This document shows positions 28,925 to 40,925 of a stretch of DNA of 64,000 bases, piece by piece. Every line of letters starts with the position of its first letter. Position 1 is the stretch's first letter. The position numbers were made by a program, and so were the translations under genes. The DNA is from Mytilus edulis (lineage: Eukaryota). The notes below the pieces were generated by a model, which was not told the origin of the DNA, searched no databases, and worked only from the letters and a program-made list of their open reading frames with translations. The DNA lies in contig NC_092346.1 in the NCBI RefSeq assembly GCF_963676685.1, positions 18,848,001 through 18,912,000 on the forward strand. The letters are read 5' to 3'.

Positions 28925-31084
28925 ATATTTAAAAAAAAAAAAAACGTCTGGAGTGTGAGCATAAACACAATCATTTTTTCATGAACAGATGAACCAGTTA
29001 TTTAAAAAAAAAACAACAAAAAAACAACGTAGCAAAGCATAAAATTCCCAAAACAGAAGCTTCGGACTGACACATCAGACTTCCTGACAACAATACAACT
29101 CAATGCTGTCACAGCTTAAATTCAATAGATATAAACGCATATAAAGAATAACAGAAATAACAAACACATAATTGAATATTTAAACTGACAAAACTTACTA
29201 TACTTCTTCCAACTAAAATCTGCGAAAAAAAGACATATTAACAAAAGGTACAGTGGCAAATATACCACATCTTCTTATTTTCATAAAGACAAAATAGAAC
29301 GAACAATACTGATCCAGAAAGCCTAAATGTGTATAACGTAGTTGGGGTAAACCAGTTTAAAGTGTGCGCAAAATGCCTACGTTAACTATATAAAAATGTA
29401 TCCAGAATGATGATATATTTGACCTAAGAACAACCATATTATCATTCTGAGAATGTGAAATATTTGATCTGCTGTTAGCCGCATCAGCATAAACGGCAAA
29501 TGTTGGCGGTTTGAACATTTGGACACGATACAAGAATTTTGTTTTTGGCCCAATGAGTTATCGTGGAAAGCAGTTAATGAAACGTTCTTAATTCACATTT
29601 TTGTACCTTTATATAAACTCTTATGGTCAAGAGGCAAGATGGTACTAATCTGATGTTTTACATGGCACCAATTTGGTAAGCTTTCCTGGTTTTCTTCTCA
29701 TGATAGTTTTTGCTTGTATCTTTTTTTTTCTTCAAAATAAATCATTAAAATAGAGACTTGAAGTATAATTTCCTCTTCACAGCAAATGAGCATTCCTCTT
29801 TCGTAATGAATTAGCAATGTAAAGAAATCTTAAGCTTTCAATTTGGGGATAAACTAGTAATTTCTCACGGTTAGTCTGACCGTAGCGCTCAAGCTGGTGA
29901 TTTGAAGTGCCGCGTTCGTTAAAACATCTTTATAATTCAAGCAGGTTTTTTCATTAGCATGGATCACATTTATAACACTTCTTAAGACATCTATTGTAAG
30001 GATATTCATCATGGTCTGTCGACAGTTGCTCGCTTTCTCTTCTCGGGTCAGACACGTTCAGGTGCAGCGTGTAAACCACTCCATCTTTTGGCAGATTTAA
30101 AACCTATTTTAAAACGCAAATTCTCAATGAAAGAATGGTTTCGATTTAATATTCCCTTTTTTCCCGTTTTAACAGATGGGTTGTTGAACTTAAGTTTTCA
30201 TTTAACGTTGTAAAACAAGAGCCATCAGTTCTCTAATTATTGCCGTATTTTGTTTTCTGGTCAGAAATCATTAAATAATCAGGAAAGAACATGCTAAAAT
30301 AACGTTCAAATTAAATCACTCCTTCATTGTTACAACACTCTAAATAGGATTAAGATTAAATTGAGCAGAAATGATTGCTTTATTTAGCATGAAATCAAAT
30401 CTGTGCGCCTCAGCGCACCAAGTGAAAACACTACCATCTTGTGGACGTATAGCGGCTTGTTCTCGCTGTGAAATAGACGAAAACTCTTGTTAAATTAATC
30501 GGAGGGAAACATGGGCGAGTTTTATTAAGTTTTTATTGAATATCATTTCATAAAACATGATCTTATAAGTGACTTTATACCTCAATCACATATCCCGTTA
30601 TATTATAAGTTACAGTTACAAAAGTGATCAGTAAAGGGAAAGACATTCACCTCCCTAAATTGAATAGTGTGTTTTTCCCTCAAATTTTCTGTGGTAATTT
30701 TATATAGACAAAACATAATTTGACTTTTAAGAGGCAAAGTTTCATGAATAAAAAAAATTGAAACAAAATGTGCTTTATAGTATTTTCCAATCCACAAAAA
30801 AAAAACACACAACATTTCGTCGTGTGAATATTACAATGGTGTATGTCCATTTTTTTCATAAATTGACTTATTGGTACTACTTGCATCCTCGTGTAATGAT
30901 CTATCTCCCTATACTTCTATATCTCTGAATCTTGCCCCATTTAGGCCTTAAAAAATACTCTTAGAATGATGTATCTCCACATCTTTAATATTTGAAAAAG
31001 TTATACTGATCTATGTTTTATCCAATGAAAATGTTTGAATTCTGGTCATATGACACAAGCTAGCAAATGGAAAAAGTTTGAAGC

Positions 31085-32138
31085 ATGACAGAAAAGTAAG
31101 TTATATTTTAGCTTTGTAATTCAATTATTTTTCTTAAAATCATTCTAATAATGAATTTATATTGTTTAAATGTGTATTAACTTTGTGATATAAACATATT
31201 TCTGAAGAAGGAAAAAGAGATTAAAGTATAAAGCATGATATATGGAGATACAACATTTTAAAACTTTCTTTTTTCAAGTTAATTTGGAGATACAACATTT
31301 TAAGACTTCCTTTTTTCAAGTTAATTTGGAGATACATCATTATAATCTTTTTTCTTGCACAAAAACACCAATTAAGAAATGATTATACATTTTGATCATT
31401 TACAGGGATGACTGTCATTTGCTGCCAATCTTGAACCTACCCGACGTTCCTCTGATAAGGATATTTTTCTTCTTAGATCTAGAAGATCTCGTGCTTGTAG
31501 TAAATAGGGTTTGTAAAAGATTTTACCACCTAATTAAATCAACACCTGTCTTGTGGAGAGTATTTGAATTTTATTGGCCTCAAGTTATAAAAGAAGAAGA
31601 CTTACCCTACATATTTAGACACTCAAAGAGCTTCAGAGTTTTCAATATTGGATATTGTACCTACTCAGGCCGTCTGTCTGTGTTTGATTATAGTTTCATT
31701 TCAAGTTTGAGCTGTGCAAGAAAACTCACATGGTTGAATTTAACTAGAACTTCAATATCAAGCACATGCTTTTTACAGTACCTTCCAAATCTTGAAATTC
31801 TTGATCTTTCAGAGTGTGAAAATCTGATTGACTGTGATTTTCATGTAGTATCTCAGTGTCATAAACTTCAAAACTTATATCTTTCGTTTGATAAAGTAAA
31901 CCCAAAGACAATCAAAGATATTGTTTCCTGTATACCTCAATTAGAAATTCTAGATATAAGTGGTATATTTTTGAAATTTTTTGAAGTGACATCAATTCTT
32001 GATCAGTGTTACTGGACACTTATGTCTATATACCTTAGTGTTGATTCATCTGTGAATGAAGAGGACTTACACAGGGAGATACACTTTAATTACACAGACC
32101 TTTCCTATCACATATATACACCAATATTTAATAATTAA
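31085..32138 (+). CDS. F-box/leucine-rich-repeat protein (FBXL-like), spliced: exon 1 31085..31095, exon 2 31406..32138, 247 aa
   Basis: F-box LNLPDVPLIRIFFFLDLEDLVLVVNRVCKRFYHLIKSTPVLWR followed by LRRs (LTWLNLTRTSI, LPNLEILDLSECENL, LQNLYLSFDKV, IPQLEILDISGI). ATG ACA GAA AA|gtaagt (donor 31096) joins in frame to tttacag|G GAT GAC (acceptor 31405), giving MTEKDDCHLLPILNLP. An in-frame TGA precedes this ATG. Confidence 0.85.
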
Positions 32139-32140
32139 CA

Positions 32141-34345
32141 ATGGATCCTAATAACTATAATATTGAGGAGATTTGTACAGTATCCAATGATCAAGAATTA
32201 GCTTCTATAATTCAAAACACTGATGACAATTGTACTATTATAATAGTCGATGAAAATAACAATTTTCAGTTTACAGATTCAACTGTAAACAATATATTTG
32301 AAACCAATTTAAATGAAAGTTTTGATTTAAATGAGGAACATAGCACGGAACATATTTATGCAAATGTACAGATTCTAAATCCTACAACCAGTTCTACATG
32401 TTCTAATGAATTGCAAAATGATTCAACTGATAATTTTATATATACTGGAGTAGCATTACCTAATGAAAACAAAACCATAGCTTCAAGAAATGCGGAAGAA
32501 ATTGATGAAGACCCAAGTCATCAAGGTGAAGGTAATGGCAATAATACAACAAGGAAACAAAATGTAAAAAATACAGAAGAGCAAAATGAAGACACAATAG
32601 AAGAACAAAACGTAGAGACAAATGAAAATGATGAAACGATGAGGGGTAGAAAAAGGAAAAGACAATCGGAATTATGGAAACAAAATCTAAGGAAAAGAAG
32701 ACGGCAGTCGGGTATGGAATATGTAAATACTAGAGGTAAAACACAGCGAAAGAGAGAAGTTAAACAAGGAACAAAGGACTGTAAAGGTGGATGCAGGTTT
32801 AAATGCAGTAAAAATATATCAGAAACAGAAAGGAACGCGATTTTTAAAACTTTTTGGTCATATAGCGATTCTGAAAAAAATGCATTTTATGGAAATAATA
32901 TTGAAAAGTTAAAGAAAGAAAGGAAGCGAACAAACAAAGAAATTTCAAGAAAACAATTTACATATAAATATCATTTACCTAAGGAGTGTAGTAAACTCCG
33001 TATTTGTAAAGAGTTTTTTCTTTCAACCTTAGATATAAGTGGCCGTAGGATTCAATGGTTTTTTGATAAAAAGTCTCCACAGTTTGAGGACAAAAGGGGA
33101 AGACATGTTAAGAGGAAAATATCAGATGAGTCTAAAGATAGAATCAGAAACCATATCAATTCATTTCCTCGAATGGACTCCCACTATTGTAGGTCTTCTG
33201 TAAAAAGACAATATCTTGATCCTTGTTTGTCGATAGCAAAAATGTATGAGCTTTATGTTTTAACATGTAATACAACAGATGTTACTCCAGAAAAATATCA
33301 TACATACAAAAACATATTTAATTTTGAATTTAATTTGGGTTTCCACACTCCCAAGAAAGACAGATGTGACCATTGTGAGGAGTACAAATCCAATAAATTG
33401 ATCAATCAAGTTGGTGAAGATTTGAAAATGAAGTATGAACTACACATAGCTGGAAAATCTAATACCAAAGTGGAAAGAGATAACGACAGAAGTTCCGACA
33501 AGGCAGTTCTTTGCTTTGACATGGAAAATGTTATAACCTGTCCAAGGGCAAATATTTCAATTTTTTTTTACAAAAGAAAATTGAATGTGTTCAACTTAAC
33601 TGGACATTTCTCGTTAAATAAATGTGCTTATAATGCAATTTGGCCAGAACATATAGCAGGCAGAGGTGCCAATGAAATTTCGAGTGCCTTATTAAAAATT
33701 TTAGAAAAAGTGCTAGAAGATTTTCCTTCTTTAGAAACCATAACGTTATGGTCGGACTCTTGCATACCCCAGAATCGTAACTCTATAGTTATTAGTGCAC
33801 TGCAGCATTTTATGAGAAGTGACAGATCATATTCACTTAAGTCTGTAGAACAAAAATTTTCTGAGCCAGGCCACTCGTCTATTCAAGAGGTTGACTGTGT
33901 ACACAGTCACATTGAGAAAGCATTGAATCTCAGCGAGATTTTTAGTCCTGTCAGTTTTTTGCGAATTCTGACAAAAGTTCGTAAAAGATCAATGAAAGTG
34001 ATTCAATTACAGCCTGAACACTTCTTTGATTTTCAGACAGCTAGTCGGACATTTAAATATAACTCTGTGCCCTTTACTAAGATTAAGTATTTAAAGTTAG
34101 AAGTTGAGAAGCCGTTACACGTTTTGTATAAGGTATCATTTTCTGATGAGAGTTTCAAAGAGGTTTCCATTGTTGTACAGAATACAAGAAAAAAACAGAA
34201 AACTGTTGTCATGCCAAAAGTTAATATGTTGACCAAATCAAACTTGTTGTCAAAAGAAAAAGTCAAAGATTTGAAAGATATGTTAAAGTATATGCCCCTT
34301 GATGACAGAAAGTATTATGAGACAGTTTTCAAGAGTTACAAGTAA
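32141..34345 (+). CDS. Sola1-like DDD transposase, 734 aa
   Basis: Motifs HINSFPRMDSHYCR, FNLGFHTPKKDRCDHC, CFDMENV (first Asp), YKRKLNVFNL, GRGANEISS, WSDSCIPQNRN (second Asp), GHSSIQEVDCVHSHIEK (third Asp). Acidic/Asn-rich N-terminus, basic NLS-like stretch RGRKRKR. Lies between the TIRs. Confidence 0.88.
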   Translation: MDPNNYNIEEICTVSNDQELASIIQNTDDNCTIIIVDENNNFQFTDSTVNNIFETNLNESFDLNEEHSTEHIYANVQILNPTTSSTCSNELQNDSTDNFIYTGVALPNENKTIASRNAEEIDEDPSHQGEGNGNNTTRKQNVKNTEEQNEDTIEEQNVETNENDETMRGRKRKRQSELWKQNLRKRRRQSGMEYVNTRGKTQRKREVKQGTKDCKGGCRFKCSKNISETERNAIFKTFWSYSDSEKNAFYGNNIEKLKKERKRTNKEISRKQFTYKYHLPKECSKLRICKEFFLSTLDISGRRIQWFFDKKSPQFEDKRGRHVKRKISDESKDRIRNHINSFPRMDSHYCRSSVKRQYLDPCLSIAKMYELYVLTCNTTDVTPEKYHTYKNIFNFEFNLGFHTPKKDRCDHCEEYKSNKLINQVGEDLKMKYELHIAGKSNTKVERDNDRSSDKAVLCFDMENVITCPRANISIFFYKRKLNVFNLTGHFSLNKCAYNAIWPEHIAGRGANEISSALLKILEKVLEDFPSLETITLWSDSCIPQNRNSIVISALQHFMRSDRSYSLKSVEQKFSEPGHSSIQEVDCVHSHIEKALNLSEIFSPVSFLRILTKVRKRSMKVIQLQPEHFFDFQTASRTFKYNSVPFTKIKYLKLEVEKPLHVLYKVSFSDESFKEVSIVVQNTRKKQKTVVMPKVNMLTKSNLLSKEKVKDLKDMLKYMPLDDRKYYETVFKSYK

Positions 34346-34497
34346 GCTTCAAGACGTTGACTCATTATTGATCACTATTGCATTGTCAGACAGTGTAGGA
34401 TGTTATCAGAATTATGGTCTGAAGGGACTTAAAGGATGCTGGACCTTTACATCTTAAATGTTATTTGTGTTTCATTTTTTGTTAAAAAAAAGTTTTG

Positions 34498-35035
34498 AAA
34501 AGAATTCAAAATTCTCATTCACTGGGTTGACTGTTAAATACTTTTTAGTTTTGAGAACTTATATTGAGTTGTTACATTGAATAAACCAACTGTTTGTGGT
34601 TATTGTTTTTTATATACCATTTGTTATTTGTTTATGCTAAATATACAAGAAGTATTTCTTTTATTTATTTTTGCCAATATCTTTCACAATTATGCTTTGT
34701 ATCTTGTATTGAAACAATTTTGTTTTGCGTTCAAATAACAGATTCTATCTTTATGACTTAACGTTTTCCAAAAGAATTCAAAATGCTCATTCACTGGGTT
34801 GACGGTTAAATGAGTTTTAGTTCTGAGAACTTATTGAGATGCTACATTGAATAAACCAAATGTTTGTGATTATTGTTTTTTATATATCACAAATTTTGTC
34901 ATTTGCTTTGCTAAATATACAAGAAGTATTTCTTTAATTTATTTTTGCCAATAATATCTTTCACGATTATGCTTTGTATTTCGTATTGAAACAATTTTGT
35001 TGTGCGTTCAAATTAAAGATTACTTAATGTTTTCC
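34498..35035 (+). repeat. ~270-bp tandem duplication in the 3' region of the transposon
   Basis: AAAAGAATTCAAAAT(T/G)CTCATTCACTGGGTTGAC starts at both 34498 and 34770 and the units stay collinear. Each unit contains an AATAAA (~34580, ~34850). Confidence 0.9.
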
Positions 35036-37042
35036 AGTTAATCATCATTATTGACAAATAATAGTGTCAGGAATAAACGATGATAAAACATATACATTAA
35101 AAATTATATTTTGTAATCCTTTAAAATCTTTTTCCTAATGCATTCATAGTTTATTGGTTTAATGTTATACTGTTTCAAGTCCAGTACCATTTTAATTGTT
35201 GTAAAATATGTGACCAAAAAGATAAAATTGTTCTATCTCCAAATAATTTTTTGTCTTTTTTATTTAAACGGAGTGTGTTTGTTATTATCGGTAACAATAA
35301 AACATCAACATTCATCAATTTGAAATACAAAAAGAATGTATCATCGTTCTTTCATTGCTCCTTGGTAGAAAAACAAGTTATCACTTTTTCAGATGGAGTT
35401 ATCTCCATTTTCAAAAATATGGACATAGACCACTATTAGATTCACACGACGATTTGTTCATTCCGTTCTAATGTCCTTGCAATCAGGAGTACAACATATA
35501 GAGATCAAAACCAAAGAAACATGGCCCAATAAAGCGGGTTTTATTCTCATTATGATATCTTTCAATATTCAATTTTATCTTGTCTTCTTATATATATTTT
35601 GTATTGTGAAATAAATATTGGCATTGAAATTCACTCCAATTTCAAGTTATTTAATATTGTTGACTATTACCACAATAAACAAGCTGTATGTTGACAATGT
35701 AATACCTTTTCATGTGCGGTCCTTTTGTCCGCCATGTTTGCTTACAAGTGGAGCAGAAAAGAACGGTAAACACATTCTACATCAAGTCGATATACTCTCA
35801 CAATTAAAGTTACCAGACTTGTCATGTAATGAGAAGACTATGTAAATATTCGTCATTATACAGAGAAAAAAAAACATGTTCTACATCCCGTAAGCGTTCT
35901 TCTTCAAGTCGACATGAAATAAACATTTGCATATCAATTTTTTCCTAACTCAGTTCAAATACACTCAATTCTATTTGCTTGAATAGGTCAATAAGAAAAA
36001 GGAAAATAATATTTAATTTTGTGTACATATTAAAAATTACATTAAATATCATGATACGAAACAAGTAACTACAATTACATTCATATCCGTCAGTCATATT
36101 ATAATAATGCACAACACACTTGAGTGTATAAGTAGTTAAAAATATGTGTTAGAATTATAAAAAAAAATATTGATGTATATTTTTGTATATATTTACTTAA
36201 AATTTGACAAATTCTTAACGAGGGAAGATACTTAAGGTAGAATTCCAAGTTCTTTTTGTATCAAACAAAAATGATATTTGAAGATTGCGCCTTCGGTTGG
36301 CTTTAATCTTGTTGACAGCTTTAATTACTTTATTGCTGAAATAAACGAATAATAAACAATCTGCGACGGTGTGGAGTTTTTTCTTTGCATCACGAAATGG
36401 TTTGTGGAAAGTTTGTCAACACGAATAAATCTTGCTGAGGAGTATCTCTATTCCTTTATGGCGGCGACGAGAATTCTTTAGATCTCATTATCTGGTGTTG
36501 TTAACAGTGTGATTGATGCTCAACTAAACTGTTTAATTAAATTTAAATATTTCTGCAGATTAAACGCCAACCAAAACAGAAATTAAAGCCAAAGCGTTAT
36601 TGTCTCATTATTGGAATTAATCAGGATTTTATTAAAATATAAATATCTACAAGAGTTTTTATCCTCCGCCGGCCATTCTGTTCTATATAAAACCATTTCA
36701 GCCATTTGATTAATATGGTGTCTGCATTATAAAAATCCCCAATGTAAATATGTGAAAACTGTCCGATAAGCACTGCAATATGCATTACAGATCGAGGAAT
36801 AATTTTTATGTTTGTTTTCTGATGAAATACTACGAGCTTTAGGAAAACAATTATGATATAAATTCGTGACACGTGCTATGCAAAATCATGGACGTTGTGT
36901 TGTAACAGTAAATTTGTCCAATAACAAAAACAGTTGCTTTAGGACCATGTGGCAAAATTAGGTCCAGATTGTCTAATCTTGATTTAGACTATTGATATGC
37001 ATTTGCCTCTAATTTTCGAAATCTATATAAAAAAAAAGATCA

Positions 37043-37179
37043 GGCCTTGCGGTCATAAAACTTTCGAGCACGATTTTTGTACTCAGACTCGAGAATCAAC
37101 CAATCAAAATGCTAGATTTCATGTTTCGAGCATGATTTTTGTGCTCCGAGCACTGAGCAAAGTTTTATGACTTCAACCC
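37043..37179. mobile_element. Short MITE
   Basis: Inverted ends GTCATAAAACTTT / AAAGTTTTATGAC and an internal direct repeat TTTCGAGCA(C/T)GATTTTTGT. Confidence 0.6.
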
Positions 37180-37472
37180 ATGGTATGATTGCCAATTAGA
37201 CAAGTGTCAACTAAAGTTCAAATGATGTAGATTGAGTCTAGATTCATATAGCAAAATGTACATCTCAGTAACAACACAATCGGTTTTAAATAGAATAATT
37301 GTCATAAAGGACTAAACAGATTTTTTTTATTCAAATAATGAAGTATACATCTTCCTATTATAATATCAAATGATATAATTGTCCTCTGTTCTGTATGTCT
37401 TTGTATTAGTCTGGTTAACTGGACTTTTGTAAGAACCGTGTAATAAAAGTGGTTTGTTTTCCATGCCTATGC

Positions 37473-38195
37473 GGGAGAGATCCGTTTGCGCCAAAAATGC
37501 GTCCTTTTGCGCCACAACTTTTTTCTCCACGTTTGCGCCACCTTTTTTAAAATTACATGGTATAATTTGCGCCAAAAATAAAACATACGATTGCGTCAAT
37601 TAGAAGAAAAATGACTTCCCTATTCCTTTATTCGGACTTGAAACCTGCTGTTGCATTGGCATTTCCCAATTCAATGTATGTAGTAGCTTGTAACTTCACT
37701 TTATGGTCCAAAAAGACAAACATTGAAGGATGAAATGCACAAACCAGTTCATAATAATTCCCGTGGAATGCTACTGCTCCATTACTGGTACGTCTTGCAG
37801 AAGATAGAGTTTCAGCCTACACGGATGGCGGGAACAATGCACTGTGTCATCAACATATGAGACTAAAACATAATCAGCAAAAACTTCTTTTTTCTTCTCT
37901 TCTGGTATATCTTGCAATAAATATTCAGCAAAGCAATAAGTTTTCTCCTCTCTCTCTGTACATGGACTGTCTAATGCATTTCAAGTCATTTCTCTCCAGA
38001 TGCTCATCTTCATGGGGAAGTATCTCCGAACATATGATACATTTTAAGACAAAAATAAGAATAAATATTAATCATTAATATTTATGATATATGTGTGTAT
38101 ACAGGTAACTTGGCGCAAATGATACATTTGGAAAACAGAATTTGGCGCAAATGATACCCCTGAAAAACAGTTAATGCCGCAAAAGGACTGCTGCC
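37473..38195 (-). mobile_element. Deleted MULE-like DNA transposon with a transposase remnant
   Basis: Five TTTGCGCCA/TTGCGTCA motifs at the left end and inverted TGGCGCAAA motifs at the right. Minus strand 37845-37660 translates ALFPPSV*AETLSSARRTSNGAVAFHGNYYELVCAFHPSMFVFLDHKVKLQATTYIEL, resembling the MULE C-terminal FPP..W...RTxN..E.FH...HP motif. Confidence 0.65.
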
Positions 38196-38269
38196 TTAGT
38201 TATATGCGACGTCTTCCTAATGTTTTAGACCTTGAACATTCAGAGCGTGTCTATAGTGGAAAATTGGTT

Positions 38270-38580
38270 TTTTTGACCAACCAGCACTGGTTCTTTATTA
38301 CATATTAGGTATTTAGACCAAACATCCGACGTCATAACAAACTAAATGTTTAGACATAGCAGCACTTGTCCATAATCATGATGTTTAAATACAGATTTTT
38401 ACACCAATCAGCTCTTGTCCATATATGAACAAACAAGGTTTTAAGACCAAGCATCACTACGACGCCAGAACTAAAGAGTCATAGACCAATCAGCACTTGT
38501 CTATAACGACAACCAAGAGTTTTAAGACTAAACCATACTTGTCCATAATAAGAAATAAGTTTTTTTAGACCAAGCATTGA
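38270..38580 (+). repeat. Degenerate minisatellite
   Basis: Recurring TTTAGACCAA..CAGCACTTGTCCATAA units roughly every 40-45 bp. Confidence 0.55.
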
Positions 38581-39800
38581 AAACAAATTGGTACTTTGAG
38601 AATAAACAGTGTTTTCCCTGGTGACTTGTACAGCCTAATAAAGATGGCTTTTGACGATCTTCACTCCAGATTGTATACATGTATTTACACTATGTTCACG
38701 ATTTTATTTGAACAATTCTCTTAATAGTATGACTTATTGTATAGAAAATTTATATTATATTTAAATAGACAGTTGTGAATAAAAAGGATTTAAGTTTTTT
38801 TTCTCGGGTTTCTCGTTTTTCTATTCAATACGAGCCGCCGTTTACTTGAATGGAGAACATCGTTTTACAATTATTATTTGTGTTCACGTACAAGAAAATT
38901 TTGTAAAGATCATATGGAATACTTCAAACTCAATAATTACTTTTCTTAAATCATAAATGTATACCTATTTTAAAACGAGGCGTGGTGGTAAAAATTAAAG
39001 GTATAGCCTGCCTACAGTTTTGAGCTATTGAAGTTGACAAATTGAGCCTTACAATATAATTCTATCGGGCTTTTGATCTCCTGCCACCGAAAAAAACTCA
39101 ATGTAAAAAAAATTATGAAAAATAAGGTCAAAATCAATACAGGGCTGATATCTGTGATATAATGCACCCGAGAGGGCGGACCGCATTAAACACCTGCACG
39201 TAGAAGTACCTCGGATATTGAATATATCGGTTCTCTTTTCTCTGACGTTTCAATTAACCACTTCAACTGTATTTTGCTCAAATTGCAAAATTCATAATTC
39301 ATTTGATCTTGTCAACTGGATTGAAAATGATTTTTTATTCAGGGTCTAAGCGGTATTGATAATAATTGTCCTTTAGTGACATATTAACTGTTATTTTTAA
39401 TTAAGCTTTCGTTTTACCGATGTAATATTCAAAGGGTTTATTTTAGGATGGTTGAAATTGAACTGAATATCTAGAAATGTTTTTTTTTGTATTGATAGTA
39501 AGAGAAAAGGTGGAGTAATTGAATATGTCTTAAATCGAAATGCGACTATTGAAAAACTATGAAATTATTAAAAAAAATTAGGAAGATACCCTTGAACTTA
39601 AAAAAACATTGTCGAAGAAAGACAACAAAATAATGACATTGAAAAATAAATCGTGAACACCATGAACCCCACCTAAAACCGTCGGACTCGGGTTCTCCTG
39701 AAGGGTTTTCGATTCCAAATTCATAAGTGACACTAAAAACAACCTGAGCCTTATCTATCGCAATAATCTTGAAACAGTAGACACTTTTAGACCCGTTAAT

Positions 39801-40170
39801 TATTTAAGAATTGAATGCTTCTTTTTGTAAATTTATTGGGGTGTAAAAGCGTTGACCGAAGTACATTTTGTATGAAGCGCGGAAGCGCTTCATTCTAAAA
39901 ATGTACGCACGGTCAACGCTTTTACAACCCTATAAAGTTACAAAAAGAAGCATTCAATACTTATAATTACATTTTTTAGCTATGATCACGAAAACACGAA
40001 TTTTATATATTTTATTATTTAATTCACCTGTGCACTTTATTGTTGGAGCACGTGTTATCATGAATGAAAAGTTGTATTGAGCATTTCAAATGCTTACGGA
40101 ATAACACGTGATGTGCAGTTAGCCAATCAGAATAAAATATTATAATGAAACATACATCTAATGTAATTAT
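39801..40170 (+). mobile_element. Non-autonomous element with a ~165-bp terminal hairpin
   Basis: Arms TTGAATGCTTCTTTTTGTAA...TTACAAAAAGAAGCATTCAA centred on GAAGCGCGGAAGCGCTTC, then a ~200-bp tail with CCAATCAG. TAATTATTTAAG occurs at both ends (39797-39808, 40164-40175). A second copy is at 51601. Confidence 0.85.
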
Positions 40171-40566
40171 TTAAGGACAACACAGAATCAGAGATTTTTA
40201 CACAATATACAAAATTAAAAAAATATAAATAAGCGTCATAAGCTATAGTAGGTCACAATATACGATACTACATGTATACTTACCTAGTTCATTAGTTTTC
40301 AGTTCCCAATATTTTTAATAATATGCATACACATTAATAAAAATAAACCACACCAAATCAACTGCTGCAGCTATACATATATATAAAACAACTATTTTTG
40401 ATACAGATATATGGTGCGCACTAAAAAGTAGGTATTTACTTAAAACAGTAAATGAAAAAAATCAGTACATAAACAGTTCAAATAAAATTGATACACTAAC
40501 AGTACTGACAAAATCTGTACTGAACCATTACTGGTGAAATCAGTACTGAAACAGTACTGAAACCGT

Positions 40567-40925
40567 GAGCCGTGGTGTAGTGGTTAGTGCATCGGACTAC
40601 TAACACAAAGGTTTCTGGTTCAATTCCTGTACCAGGATTAAAAATTTCAGGGACTGAATTTTCGGATCTCTCTTGGCACCATTTGCGGGTATGGTCTTGA
40701 GGAAACGATGATAGTCCGTCGGAAGGGTACGATATATAAATGGCTGACCCGTGTTAAAGGAGAGCCATATCTCTTGCACGATAAAGACACCCTTATAGAT
40801 TTCGAAAAAAAAAGCAGGCTAATGCCGCTACAAAGCAGCACTCGGACCCACAAAGTGGAAAGGGATTAATATAAGTTGCAAAACTTGTTTCCTAATCCAC
40901 TATAAATAAATATGTTTAAATTAAA
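40567..40925 (+). mobile_element. tRNA-derived SINE with a Nin/Deu-like central domain
   Basis: A box TGGTGTAGTGG (40573-40583), B box GGTTCAATTCC (40617-40627), body motifs GTCCGTCGGAAGGG and GCACGATAAAGACACC, AT-rich tail. There is no proper tRNA acceptor stem. The domain name is from recall. Confidence 0.75.

Larger units (their letters stand above)
30818..35451 (+). mobile_element. Autonomous-looking Sola1-like DNA transposon carrying an F-box/LRR cargo gene
   Basis: Left end CGTCGTGTGAATATTACAATGGTGTATGTCCATTTTTTTCA matches the reverse complement of the right end CGTCGTGTGAATCTAATAGTGGTCTATGTCCATATTTTTGA (~41-bp imperfect TIR). ATTT flanks both ends (30814-30817, 35452-35455), a 4-bp TSD. 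The element encloses an uninterrupted 734-aa DDD transposase. The Sola1 assignment is from recalled motif and TSD characteristics, not a database search. Confidence 0.88.

Noticed and set aside
31240-31345. CRISPR-like short direct repeats
   Set aside because: The spacers are themselves repeated, there are no cas genes, and the context is a eukaryotic intron.
40567-40640. Possible tRNA gene
   Set aside because: It has A and B boxes but no closing acceptor stem and continues into a SINE body and tail.
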